Below, in pieces: positions 36,951 through 51,110 of a stretch of DNA of 64,000 nt. Origin of the DNA: Dipteris shenzhenensis (lineage: Eukaryota). The DNA lies in assembly GCA_047967505.1 (NCBI GenBank), contig CM106538.1; one strand, given 5' to 3'. The translations under genes and the position numbers were made by a program. Each line of letters starts with the position of its first letter. Within the stretch, counting starts at the first letter, position 1. The notes below the pieces were generated by a model, which ran no database searches, had not been told where the DNA came from, and saw nothing but the letters and a program-made list of their open reading frames with translations.

Positions 36951-39848
36951 ATGGGTTCTCAAAGCCGTAGAGCTAGTAGACGTGAAAGATGTAGGAACCC
37001 CCCCCCAAATCTCATTGACGAGGAGCGCAAGCGGAAGGCTCGTGAGCGCGAGCTCGCGCTGCCACCGCTGATCCACCTCCAGCTCTACCTCTACATCCCA
37101 CCTCCACCCCCACCCCCACCTCCATTGTCCCCCCATCCTCATCCGCTCCCCTACCTCTAGCCTCCGCCCTTCCCCTAGCCACTTACATTTTGGCCTCCAC
37201 CTCTACCTCTTCCCCCTCCACCCTCCCCCCTCCCCCTCCCCCTCCCCCTCCCCCCGCTCCGCTTGGCGCCTCCCTTCCCTCGTCCACCCTACCATCTCCC
37301 ATTGATCCCCTTGCCCCACCTTGCAGCAGCAGTGTTGCTTCACGACGTGACTTGCCGAAGTCCACTATCCGTCGTCGTACTAGCAAGATTGTGCAGTCTT
37401 TTTTTTGTGACCTCATGCCAGCTTCGCAGTCTTCTCTTCTTACGTCCCTGATTGATCACCCTGACTTGGTAGAGTGTAGGAGGCTTGCTGGTCTTGGTGC
37501 ACGTAGAGATAGGGTTGTATCTAGCGAGGTCCTTAGCAGTGTTCGACGTTCCTATGCTTCTATTAAGCATAGGAACTCTAGTGATGCCTTGGCAGCACGT
37601 CGTGCTATTGTGGCTGCCATTAGTAGACCTCATATGATAGGCCATGTGCGTACCGCTTCACGTCTTCTTCAGATTGCACCGCGCACATTGCGAGCAGGCA
37701 TCATTAGGAGGCAGAGTCTAGAGGATAGTGAGACTGATGCTCTTTGGGCTTCGAGTGGTCGTGCACCTCGCAGCGATCGATTGTTGGATGATTCCACTAG
37801 GTCCTTCATACAACAGTTTTGGGAGGAGCATTGCAGAGCATCCCCGATGTTCAAGAAGGCATTGCGGAAGAGGGTGTCACGCGGTGTGTACATTGAGCAT
37901 GGTGCATGTTTTTTGGAGTGTACCCAGACTGAGTTGTACACTCAGTTTGTAGAGGCGCACCCGGAGTTCAAGATTGGGCAGAGGTCATTTGAGCGATGCA
38001 GGCCATGGTTTGTGCGATGCTCTCAGGAGCGTGACACATGCTGTTGTCGCTACCATGTGGATTTTGGATTGATGTATGACGTATTCCGTTCCCTTGATGG
38101 TCATAGGGGAGTGGTTCCTACTAGCCCTTGCGACTTCATTCATTCCATATTGTGTACACGAGATGGTGATGCTTTATTCCACTCCCTTGATTGTGTGGAA
38201 GGCACGTGTACTTTGTGTGGTGACTTTGCTAGAGTGCCACGAGTTGCACTAGATACTTGTGATGTGCAGATGGTTCGTTGGCAGCAGTATGAGTACTGTA
38301 CCTTGACATTAGATGGTGGTGCACAGTCGAGGAGGTTGCAGCTTGTGGGGAAGGAGACACCACGTGTTGTATTCATTGACTGTTTTCGAGGGAAGCTGTA
38401 CCGCTACATACGCCACTCGCACACTGCGAAATGGGAGGATCGTCAGTTTCGTGCATGTTTGAGGACATTTCCTATAGGGGTGGTTGTCTCAGTGGTGGAC
38501 TTTGCGGAGAATTACACCTTTGCACCACAGCATGAGATCCAATCGGAGTATTATTTCTCCGAACAGGTGACGTGTGATTGAGTATTGATTTTTTCCCCGC
38601 CTCATTATATTGAATTATTTCAATAGTCATATTTTTTTTCAATGCCATATTACAGGTTGCTATATTTGTGCACATTAGCTATCGTCATGCACAGGCTCAT
38701 GTGGATGGCATTGATAGCACCATGGACTCACGCATCATTGTGCGAGAGTATCACTTCTACATTAGTGATGATCGATCGCATGATGCCCATTTTGTGCAGC
38801 ATTGCTTCACTTTGCATGATAGTTTCTTTAGGGATCATGATGTCACATGGCAGCGGCGCTGGATCTGGCCAGACGGTTGCGGTGGTCAGTTCAAATCCGC
38901 TAGACAGTTTTATTAGTTCTGCAGATGGCACCGTGAGACAGGCATTCCGATCACATGGAGCTACTTCGAGACAGGGCACGGTAAGGGAGAGCACGATGGT
39001 GCAGGTGCTTGCGTGAAGCGTGCTTTGCGTCGATACCAGTTGCATCACAGTGCCGATCGCTTCAAGGATGCACATGATGTGGTGCGGTGGTGCAACCAGC
39101 ACTTATCCACTAGTGCTACGTCCCAGTCGCGTGACGATAGGGTGGTGAGCCGGTATTTTTGGTGCGTGGACATTGGGAGTCTTGATCGGTGGAGGCCTTT
39201 TGATTGTCGTTCTGTGCCTGGCACTCTTGATTTCCATTCCATCAGGAGCGTAGGTGAGTCTCACCCCGCGATCTTTTCTCGACGGTTTGCATGTTTTTGT
39301 TCTGCATGCATTGATGATGATTGAGGAGGGTGCTCCATGATACCATGGGCCGATCCATGGGTACGGCGAGTGCTTTCTCCCTTCCAGCCTTGGGAGGAGA
39401 TACATGATGATCAGGATGCAGGATTCAGTTCCTCTAGAGATTATGACCAACTTACAGATATTTTACGTATTGGTGATATCTTCGCGGTTATTGCTTCGGA
39501 GGGCAATGAGGAGGGTGTGGATTATTACTTGTTGCGATGCTCTATGCTGAAGAGTGTGCTGAATGAGGATACAGTGGATGGGCATGGGATGCACTTCAAT
39601 GCTCATAGCATGATCGTAGGTGGCCACTATTTTCAGCAGATACAGAGGCGTGGTCGCATATTGAGTTCCAGGAGTACATGGCGGATCAGGAGGCATACAT
39701 GTATTCTCATCTTGTTGTTGGGATCAAGATTACTTTGAGTCGTGTTCGCACTCGCAAGGCGACGTCCACTCCACGATGGCGCCTTGCAGTGGCGGATCAC
39801 GAGAGCATACTTGCAACTATTGGCATGAGAGCTGATCCTGAGGAGTAG
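36951..39848 (+). pseudogene. Sola2-like transposase, outer copy (2 exons; intron 38567-38655)
   Basis: Motifs DTCCCRYH, VVDFAENY..QHEIQSEY, YISDD..HD, W[S/P]DGCGGQFK and FETGHGKGEHDGAGACVKR give a predicted D-D-D triad. TATA lies near 36856. Contains stops (~38914, ~39322) and frameshifts. Confidence 0.85.
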
Positions 39849-40179
39849 CACATTACATATCATATTTTTTGGGATCATCAGTTGATCAGATTGATTTTTA
39901 TTGGGTATCACTAGTTGATTACACTTTTTTGTATTCGATATGTATAGGCTCACTGTGTGACCGTACCATTGTAATTTTCATGGACTCATATTTTGTATTT
40001 CACTATGATGGCTGTATACACGTTCATACACATCATTGTATTAGATTCTATTTTTAACATGATGTCCGATGTCTTCTCAATGGGATTTGTTGTGTTTGTA
40101 ATACAAAAAATTGTTTATTAGTAGTAATGTTGTAATTTGTTTTGTGCTTTAGGACATTTTAAAAACGTGACTAAGAAAA

Positions 40180-41900
40180 TTCGCGCACGTACTAACGAAA
40201 TACGCGTGTGGACTTGCTTGTTGGGGATGAAACTTCGCACGACTCTTAGGCCACCCTAGACATACATCCACGCGAGATTTGGTCTGAATTGATTTGGTAT
40301 GCGCCACGTGGAAGGTACAATGCGTACATTTTTACAATCCCTACTAGCACTCGTGACTACGTATGAGCTATGGCGCATGTACTAACGAAATGCGCGTGTG
40401 GACTTATCTGTTGGGAATGAAACTTCACACGACTCTTAGGCCACCCTAGACATACACCCACGCAAGATTTGGTCTCCAACTTATTTGGTATGCGCCACGT
40501 GGAAGGTATAATGCGTACATTTTTACAATCCCTACTAGCACGACTACGTGTGAGAAATGGCGCACGTACTAACCAAATATGCATGTGGACTTATCTGTTG
40601 GAGATTAAACTTCGCACGACTCTTAGGCCACCCTAGACATACATCCACGCGAGATTTGGTATGCGCCACGTGGAAGGTACAATGCGTACATTTTTACAAT
40701 CTCTACTAGCACTCGTGACTACGTATGAGCTATGGCGCATGTACTAACGAAATGCGCGTGTGGACTTATCTGTTGGGAACGAAACTTCGCACGACTCTTA
40801 GGCCACCCTAGACATACATCCACGCAAGATTTGGTCTCCAACTTATTTGGTATGCGCCACGTGGAAGGTATAATGCGTACATTTTTACAATCCCTACTAG
40901 CAGGACTACGTGTGAAAAATGGCGCATGTACTAACCAAATATGCATGTGGACTTATCTGTTGGAGATTAAACTTTGCACGGCTCTTAGGCTACCGTAGAC
41001 GTACATCCACGCAAGATTTGGTCTCCAACTGATTTGGTATGCGCCACGTGGAAGGACAAATGCATACATTTTTACAATCCCTACTAGCACGACTAAACCC
41101 TAAACCCTAAACCCTGGACCCTAAATCCTAAACCCTGCTGGGCACGAAACTTCACACGCCTCTTAGGATACCCTAGAAGTACATCCACGCAAGATTTGGT
41201 CTCCAACTGATTTTGTTTGCGCCACGTAGAAGCAATCCCTACTAGCACGACTAAACCCTAAACCCTAAACCCTAAACCCTAAACCCTAAACCCTAAATCC
41301 TAAACCCTGTTGGGGACGAAACTTCACACGCCTCTTAGGCTACCCTAGATGTACATCCATGCAAGATTTGGTCTCCAACTGATTTGGTTTGTGCCACGTA
41401 GAAGCAATCCCTACTAGCACGACTAAACCCTAAACCCTAAACCCTGGACCCTAAATCCTAAACCCTGTTGGGGACGAAACTTCACACGTCTCTTAGGCTA
41501 CCCTAGACGTACATCCACTCAAGATTTGGTCTCCAACTGATTTGGTTTGCGCCACGTAGAAGCAATCCCTACTAGCACGACTAAACCCTAAACCCTGGAC
41601 CCTAAATCCTAAACCCTGTTGGGGACGAAACTTCACACGCCTCTTAGGCTACCCTAGACGTACATCCACGCAAGATTTGGTCTCCAACTGATTTGGTTTG
41701 CGCCACATAGAAGCAATCCCTACTAGCACGACTAAACCCTAAACCCTAAACCCTAAACCCTGGACCCTAAATGCTAAACCCTGTTGGGGACAAAACTTCA
41801 CACGCCTCTTAGGTTACCCTAGATGTACATCCATGCAAGATTTGGTCTCCAACTGATTTGGTTTGCGCCACGTAGAAGCAATCCCTACTAGCACGACTAA
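40180..41900. repeat. Internal satellite (~180-bp then ~120-140-bp monomers) with (CCCTAAA)n telomeric tracts
   Basis: Monomer core GAAACTTCRCACG.CTCTTAGGCYACCCTAGAC.TACATCCACGCAAGATTTGGTCTCCAACTGATTTGG. TAAACCC runs start at ~41094, 41252, 41424, 41582 and 41733. Confidence 0.95.
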
Positions 41901-44249
41901 TCCAAAATCTCACATGTAGTAAAGAAGATTGTGCATGATACGGATTGGGTGAAGTATAACATCGAAGTGCATGCATTTTTGCAAGCACCTTTTCAATGCT
42001 TAATGTTTACAATTACGACACACGGCATTATTTTTAAAATACATTATGTATTAGACGTGTGAATTGAGATATTTGAAATTCAAAATCATACTCTTAATTT
42101 TAAATACGCACATGGGGATGAAACTTTGCACGGCTCTTAGGTTTAGTGTAATAATTGCAAGCATTGATATATACGAAATTCAATATGATAAAGTTGGAAC
42201 TTGAACATGACCAGCGTTAGATATCAATTGTCACAAAATCACCTATAGTCAATATTATTTTTAACATCTTGAAATTTACAAGACCAAAGTAAGTGTAAGA
42301 GGGAGAAATTCACTAGCATAGCCACACCAACCTTTTCCTTTTACATAAACCAAACACCAACACTTTCCCTTGCACCAACTACCAATCCTTTCTCTTGTAC
42401 GTAAACCACCAAATCCAAAAGAAAGTAGTGAAATTAAATGGTGGGCTAACATGCCACACCTTTCTTGTACTCCCATACATGTTAGTGTACCACCAAAGTC
42501 AAAAGAAAATAGTAAAATTAAATTGTGGCCTAACATGTCACACCTTCCTTGTACTCCCATACATGAGTAGAGTTTAAGAGGGAGAAGTGGGATTGTTAAT
42601 ATGTGTATATTTTTTTGGTGCATAGCCACAACAACCCTTTCTTTTTACATAAACCAAATACCAACACTTTTCCTTATACCAACCGCCAATCCTTTCTCTT
42701 GTACATAAACCACTAACTAAATGCAAAAGAAAATAGTGAAATAAAATGGTGGGCTAGCATGCCACACCTTCCTTGTATTCCCATATACATGCATTAATTG
42801 CCAATTGTGTTGATTTCTCTTCTTTATGTTCATTATCTTTTATACATGCATAATAATTAGATTGGTGCATTGGCAAATGTCATATTAAGGAAATTAAAAT
42901 AGTCCTTAGAAACTTGGAAGGCATATGCGATTGTCATTTGGAAGGCACATGTGATTGTGGTTCGAATATGACAAATAATTAGGTCTTGTTTTCTTTGATC
43001 ACCAATTAGCACAAGTATTGTTAACAATAAGAGACAAATTAAACACTGAGTCATAATAAATAACAGCAAAATCATGCAAAGGACAAGTCTAACTCCATTT
43101 TTGAAAAAAATCCCCAAAAATTTTATATTTTGTAAAAATTGTAGGGACAAAATATACGCTTCATGTCAATAATATTAAAAAACTAGAATTGTGAAAAAAG
43201 AATGCATAAAATATTACTTATATTTTATTGCAGAACCTAAAAATGTCTAGTATTATCATTTGCAAAAAGTATTCTCTCCTTTAATTTAAAAAACATGACA
43301 AATTGCAAAGGAGAAGAAACTGCTTCATTCAACTAAGAGAGTTGCTAGAGCTTTTTCTTTGAAATACCAATTGTTTTCTATGCAAGTGCCCATATCAAAT
43401 CCATATACAAGAATTTCTACACCCTACAAACTAAGCATGTCCACACATTGGTGATTTCTCGAATTTTTTCCTTTTGTCATGTTGTTTAAGTATCTCTAGA
43501 TCACACATTCCCTCAAGTTCATTGGTGTTGAAAGAATTTTTTATCAATTGATTTACACATAGGTAACAACATTGCCCTCGGAGTCATGGATAAGTTTTGT
43601 ACCAATATACATTTCTAGAATACTTTTTGTAAATAGCATAAATTGAAAGTTGGTAAAATTGATGTTACTTTAATATCTAATTTCATTTGATGAAACAATT
43701 TTACATTGGGCTATGGCATTGTCTAAAAAAAGTAATTTTCTTTTTATACAAATTAGTTTATCAAATGGTTGAATTTCAACATATTTTGATATTAAGATGG
43801 GAAGGCTAGATTTGGAAGCATGAATATGACAATAGTTGTCTTTTTGAAAAATTGATGAAAATTTGGATTTTGAAACACACTTTATTGACAAACATGAATA
43901 GAATAAAATTTTTGTTTAAAAAATGAAAAACTTTTATCAGCAAAATAAAATTTTCATCCAAAAAAAGATGAATTTTGATATGTTTAATGTTTAATGTTTA
44001 CAATTAATGTTTAATGTTTACAATTACTTCACATGGCATTCTTTTTTAAATACCTTATGTATTAAACAAACTATAAACTGAGATAAACTGAGATAAACAA
44101 AGTGTGAAGAACATCATGAAAGTACGAAAATGCTCATACATCATAAAAGTGGGAACAATATCATGAAAGTACCAAAATGAATCTGTACATCATCATCATC
44201 ATGCTGCAAAAGTGCATCCCTATACAAGAAACGTGTGAAGCCTAAACAA

Positions 44250-44842
44250 TCAATCTAAATCCGAATCTGATAACTCTACATATGATCCTCTAGTGGAACG
44301 CTGACGTGGCTCCTGTATGACCCGCTGCCCAACCGTCCGCTGTGTGCCCTCAGGCAAAGCTAGCTCAGATGGGCCAGCCTCATCACCTGCATGAGATGGG
44401 CCAGCCTCATCCTGATGAAGAGGAGGGCATGCTGCACGCGCCACTGCTACCATCTCTGCCTCCCTCGCCTCCTCTATGTACGCGCGTCTCAGCTCCCATA
44501 GCCGTGCATCTGCGAATACTCGTGCCTCAAATCGAGCGCGAGTAATCATCTCTACATGTGAAAGACGTTGGTCTCGGCCCCGCCCTAGCTGCTGCTCCAC
44601 CCACTGCTGCAATGATGTCTGCAGCTCTGTCTCTCGCTCAATCCGGCGTGCCTCCTCCGCTCGTGCCTCGTCACCTGGCATGAAATCACCGTACGAAAAG
44701 CGTCGTGGAACGCATGATGCAACCACCGATGTATCCGCACCCTCCTGCATCAGCAACGCTCTCTGTGCCTCCTCCCTGTAGTGCTCTGTCAAGACTACAC
44801 GGGCGAATGGATCAACAGCCTGACGATGACCAGGATATAGAT
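44250..44842 (-). pseudogene. Outer-copy RING gene, 3' part (split by the inner element)
   Basis: ORF 44250-44792 matches 51663-52260. It joins 57152 across the AGAT TSD. Confidence 0.88.
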
Positions 44843-46477
44843 GGGAAGTAGCAAGCTAAGGGTGTCCACTTTTTGTTCACTCCCCAATCCTTAGGAGGTG
44901 GAAAAACAAGCTTTTTAGCACACAAAAATGCAAATCTCACCTACTTCCCTATGGATCTAGTCTTTGAAGTCTTCTGACACAACATCACACTTGCTATTGT
45001 GCACACAATCGTATAGTCTGATCAAAAATTCGATGCACACACAAAAAATTTCTTTGTGTCACACGGCATGGTTCCAGGGTGGTCACACGTTTGTCACGAA
45101 CAGAGAGTATCATATTAAATTCTAAATTTCTCACTAATTTTAGATTAAATGTTATTGAAACTTTGTAAGTGGTCTCTTTGCATTATGTAGAGCTTAACTT
45201 GATTTATTGGTAATTTTTTGAATGATTTATCTAATTATAAATAATTATTTATAATAAATAAAGTCATAAAATACATGCATTTTAGTAGCACACCACATTT
45301 TTTTAATATTTTGAATAATTAAGCAAATCCAATTTGGTGGAAGGTTAGTAGGCACATAAGGGTGTGTGGTTGAATCATTAAATCCCAAATCCAACGGTTA
45401 GATTTAGGAAGATTGAAGTTTAATTTTTACTTTTACTCCTTAGAGGATCAACAAAGAATATTAAAAATAAATCTAGTAATTCTCAAACATGACTAAACAT
45501 TTCAAAAATGTCAATATTTTTAGTCCTCTGCATGATGAATAAGAGGAAAAAATTTTGGTTAAATTTGAGTAAGGGAAACGTACAATATGGCCTCCAACGA
45601 TGAAATCTCCCTTTTGTGGGGGAAAAAGGGCCACCCAAGCCTAATACCAAGACAAGGTAGGCTTGGTTAGGTAGGCTAGGAGCATCATTGACCCTAGTGG
45701 CAAGCCTTTGGAGTCTGCATGCTGCCCATGCGGAAGGCTGAGTCATCAAAACCATGCCACGTTGTTAGACCACGTGGTGCCATCTCATCAAGGAGATGTG
45801 ACATCACTCCTTGCCATGTCACCTTACATTGCCACACGTGCTGCCACATGTGCCACCTCATCATTCCACATCATGAGCCATGTGATCACACAATGCCACC
45901 TTGGCATACCTCCTCAACCTTGCCACGTCACTAATCCCTCCACCTCAATTTGCCATGTCAATCTACCACCTCATGAATGCCAACTCATCATGCCACATCA
46001 CCTTTCAATGTCATGGAAGAGACTATATTACCACATCATGACCATGCATGGTACCACATCAGCCAGATGTATACACATGACGATGTGCGAGGCATAGAAT
46101 ACCTCGATCGAGGTATACGACCTGCATGAGGCATACAATACCTCGATCGAGGTATATGACCGAGGACACCTAGGGATACCTCGATTGAGGTTTATACATG
46201 CGTAATGCATTGAATACCTCGATCGAGGTATATGGTCTGATCGAGGTATATGATCTGGGCTCTGGGCATAGCAGACCTTGATCGAGGTATTTGAAGGTAC
46301 AAAACTTAGCCAATTAGTTTCAATCTTAGCACCTCTCCACCAATAATAATGAAGAGCAATCTAGTGGATGAGTTGAGGCTCTCTATAAGACACCACGTTT
46401 TGGTTCATTTCACCCATTCTTAGCCATTCTTGCCTCCTCATCACTTTGTCACACCTTCCATCCTACTTTCATTGAGA

Positions 46478-49400
46478 ATGGGTTCTCAAAGCCGTAGAGC
46501 TAGTAGACGTGAAAGATGTAGGAACCCCCCCCCAAATCTCATTGACGAGGAGCGCAAGCGGAAGGCTTGTGAGCGCAAGAGAGCCTCTAGTGCTCGAGCT
46601 CGCGCTGCCACCACTGATCCACCTCCAACTCTACCTCTACATCCCACCTCCACCCCCACCTCCACCCCCACCCCCACCTCCATTGTCCCCCCATCCTCAT
46701 CCGCTCCCCTACCTCTAGCCTCCGCCCTTCCCCTAGCCACCTACATTTTGGCCTCCACCTCTACCTCTTCCCCCTCCACCCTCCCCCCTCCCCCTCCCCC
46801 TCCCCCTCCCCCCGCTCCGCTTGGCGCCTCCCTTCCCCCGTCCACCCTACCATCTCCCATTGATCCCCTAGCCCCACCTTGTAGCAGCAGTGTTGCTTCA
46901 CGACATGACTTGCCGAAGTCCACTATCCATCGTCGTACTAGCAAGATTGTGCAGTCTTTTTTTGGTGACCTCACGCCAGCTTCACAGTCTTCTCTTCTCA
47001 CGTCCCTGATTGATCACCCTGACTTGGTAGAGTGTAGGAGGCTTGCTGGTCTTGGTGCACGTAGAGATAGGGTTGTATCTAGCAAGGTCCTTAGCAGTGT
47101 TCGACGTTCCTATGCTTCTATTAAGCATAGGAACTCCAGTGATGCCTTGGCAGCACGTCGTGCTATTGTGGCTGCCATTAGTAGACCTCATATGATAGGC
47201 CATGTGCATACCGCTTCACGTCTTCTTCAGATTGCACCGCGCACATTGCGAGCAGGCATCATTAGGAGGCAGAGTCTAGAGGATAGTGAGACTGATGCTC
47301 TTTGGGCTTTGAGTGGTCGTGCACCTCGCAGCGATCGATTGTTGGATGATTCCACTAGGTCCTTCATACAACAGTTTTGGGAGGAGCATTGCAGAGCATC
47401 CTCGGTGTTCAAGAAGGCATTGCAGAAGAGGGTGTCACGCGGTGTGTACATTGAGCATGGTGCATGTTTTTTGGAGTGTACCCAGACTGAGTTGTACACT
47501 CAGTTTGTAGAGGCGCACTTGGAGTTCAAGATTGGGCAAAGGTCATTTGAGCGATGCAGGCCATGGTTTGTGCGATGCTCTCAAGAGTGTGACACATGCT
47601 GTTGCCGCTACCATGTGGATTTTGGATTGATGTATGACGTATTCCGTTCCCTTGATGGTCATAGGGGAGTGGTTCCTACTAGCCCTTGCGACTTCATTCA
47701 TTCCATATTGTGTACACGAGATGGTGATGCTTTATTCCACTCCCTTGATTGTGTGGAAGGCATGTGTACTTTGTGTGGTGACTTTGCTAGAGTGCCATGA
47801 GTTGCACTAGATACTTGTAATGTGCCCCGGGGGATTCACTCTTAGTACAAGGGGGACGTCACCTGCATGCATCAACTTCAAGAAAACCCCCAATATATGG
47901 TCCATGTAACATAATAAAACACCCCTATTTAAGCTTATAAGGATACCACCAAAAGTAGACTATGTCCCCCCCTTCCTTAAATCTATGTTCTTTCTCAATT
48001 ATTTGGATTACATCATAAGAAAGTTCAGATGACATAGATTAGACCATCTTCAAATATTCACCAATGGGTAGTATTGATTTGTTTCCCTACCATGGCCTAC
48101 ATTTAGCTATAGCTCAGGCTTAGTTCATGCGCAATTGGTACATGACCGATTGTCGCTAGTCAAATGTGTATGTGTGTGTGTAATTTTTATGTTTAGGGGG
48201 TAAAAACTTGTATTTCCCTATACCCCTCCCTCTTCCTCCCCAAAGATGTCAAGGCCCCCTAACTTAAATTTAAGATTGAGAAAAATTAAAAAGGGCCCCC
48301 ACCCCTAATGTATAAGCTTATGCCTCATCTCAAAAAACCCCCCTATTGTACACTCACGTGATATCATAAGTTTCCCCTTGTGAATCCCTCGGGTGATGTG
48401 CAGATGGTTTGTTGGCAGCAGTATGAGTACTGTACCTTGACATTAGATGGTGGTGCATAGTCGAGGAGGTTGCAGCTTGTGGGGAAGGAGACACCACGTG
48501 TTGTATTCATTGATAGTTTTCGAGGGAAGCTGTACCGCTACATATGCCACTCGCACAATGCAAAATGGGAGGATCGTCAGTTCCGTGCATGTTTGAGGAC
48601 ATTTCCTACAGGGGTGGTTGTCTTAGTGGTGGACTTTGTAGAGAATTACACCTTTGCACCACAGCATGAGATCCAATCGGAGTATTATTTCTCCGAACAG
48701 GTGACGTGTGATTGAGTATTGATTTTTTTCCCGCCTCATTATATTGAATTATTTCAATAGTCATGTTTTTTTTCAATGCTATATTGCAGGTTGCTATATT
48801 TGTGCACATTAGCTATCGTCATGCACAGGCTCATGTGGATGGCATTGATAGCACCATGGACTCACGCGTCATTGTGCGAGAGTATCACTTCTACATTAGT
48901 GATGATCGATTGCGTGATGCCCATTTTGTGCAGCATTGCTTCACTTTGCATGATAGTTTCTTGAGGGATCATGGTGTCACATGGCAGCGGCGCTGGATCT
49001 GGTCAGACAGCTACGGTGGTCAGTTCAAATCCGCTAGACAGTTTTATTGGTTCTGCAGATGGCACCGTGAGACAGGCATTCCGATCACATGGAGCTACTT
49101 CGAGACAGGGCACGGTAAGGGAGAGCACGATGGTGCAGGTGCTTGCGTGAAGCGTGCTTTGCGTCGATACCAATTGTGTCACAGTGCCGATCGCTTCAAG
49201 GATGCACATGATGTGGTGCGGTGGTGCAGCCCAGCACTTATCCACTAGTGCTACCTCCTCGTTTCAGTCGCGTGACGATAGGGTGGTGAGCCGATATTTT
49301 TGGTGCGTGGACATTGGGAGTCTTGATCGGTCTAGGCCTTTTGATTGTCGTTCTGTGCCTGGCACTCTTGATTTCCATTCCATCAGGAGCATAGGTGAGT

Positions 49401-49990
49401 CTCACCCCGTGATCTTTTATCGACGGTTTGCATGTTTTTGCTCTGCATGCATTGATGATGATTGGGGAGGGTGCTCCATCATACCATGGGCCGATCCATG
49501 GGTACGGCGAGTGCTTTCTCCCTTCCAGCCTTGGGAGGAGGTACATGATGATCAGGATGCGGGATTCAGTTCCTCTAGAGATTATGACTAGCTTACAGAT
49601 ATTTTGCGTATTGGTGATATCTTCACGGTTATTGCTTCGGAGGGCAATGAGGAGGGTGTGGATTATTACTTGTTGCGATGCTCTATGCTGAAGAGTGTGC
49701 TGAATGAGGATACAGTGGATGGGCATGGGATGCACTTCAATGCTCATAGCATGATCATAGGTGGCCACTATTTTCAACAGATACAGAGGCGTGGTCGCTA
49801 TATTGAGTTCCAGGAATACATGGCGGATCAAGAGACATACATGTATTCTCATCTTGTTGTTGGGATCAAGATTACTTTGAGTCGTGTTCACACTCGCAAG
49901 GCGACGTCCACTCCACGATGGCGCCTTGCAGTGGCGGATCACGAGAGCATACTTGCAACTATTGGCATGAGAGCTGATCCTGAGGAGTAG
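46478..49990 (+). pseudogene. Sola2-like transposase, inner copy (intron 48701-48789; MITE-disrupted)
   Basis: Highly similar to 36951-39848. Stops at 47798, ~48458 and ~49589, and a frameshift near 49228. Confidence 0.88.
47826..48393. mobile_element. MITE (CCCGRGGGATTCAC TIR family), 568 bp
   Basis: TIRs are CCCGGGGGATTCAC and GTGAATCCCTCGGG. The 8-bp TSD is TAATGTGC/TGATGTGC. It is absent from the outer transposase (~38260). Confidence 0.93.
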
Positions 49991-50319
49991 CACATTACAT
50001 ATCATATTTTTTGGGATCATCAGTTGATCAGATTGATTTTTATTGGGTATCACTAGTTGATTACACTTTTTTGTATTCGATATGTATAGGCTCACTGTGT
50101 GACCGTACCATTGTAATTTTCATGGACTCATATTTTGTATTTCACTATGATGGCTGTATACACGTTCATACACATCATTGTATTAGATTCTATTTTATAC
50201 ATGATGTCCGATGTCTTCTCAATGGGATTTGTTGTGTTTGTAAAACAAAAAATTGTTTATTAGTAGTAATGTTGTAATTTGTTTTGTGCTTTAGGACATT
50301 TTAAAAACGTGACTAAGAA

Positions 50320-51110
50320 AATTCGTGCACGTACTAACGAAATACGTGTGTGGACTTACTTGTTGGGGAAGAAACTTCGCACGACTCTTAGGCCACCCTA
50401 GACATACATCCACGCGAGATTTGGTCTGAACTGATTTGGTATGCGCCATGTGGAAGGCACAATGCGCCCTAAATCCTTAACCCTGCTGGGGACGAAACTT
50501 CACACGGCTCTTAGGCTACCCTAGACGTACATCCACGCAAGATTTGGTCTCCAACTGATTTGGTTTGCGCCACGTAGCAGGTATAATGCATACATTTTTA
50601 CAATCCCTACTAGCACGACTAAACCTTGAACCCTAAATCCTAAACTTTGTTGGGGATGAAACTTCACACGACTCTTAGGCTACCCTAGTCGTACATCCAC
50701 GCAAGATTTGGTCTCCAACTGATTTGGTATGCGCCACATGGAAGGTATAATGCGTACATTTTTACAATCCCTACTAGCATGACTAAACCCTAAACCCTAA
50801 ACCCTGAACCCTAAATCCTAAACCCTGTTGGGGATGAAACTTCACACGGCTCTTAGGCTACCTTAGACGTACATCCACGCAAGATTTGGTCTCCAACTGA
50901 TTTGGTATGCGCCATGTGGAAGGTATAATGCGTACATTTTTACAATCCCTACTAGCACGACTAAACCCTAAACCCTGAACCCTAAATCCTAAACCCTGTT
51001 GGGGATGAAACTTCACATGGCTCTTAGGCTACCCTAGACGTACATCCACGTAAGATTTGGTCTCCAACTAATCTAGTTTGCGCCACGTGGAAGGTATAAT
51101 GCATACATTT
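50320..51110. repeat. Internal satellite with telomeric tracts, inner copy
   Basis: Same monomer as 40180-41900 with fewer copies. TAAACCC runs at ~50620, 50784 and 50962. Confidence 0.92.

Noticed and set aside
41094-41790. True chromosome end or telomere fusion site
   Set aside because: Tracts are short, single-orientation, embedded in satellite monomers and repeated in the second transposon copy.
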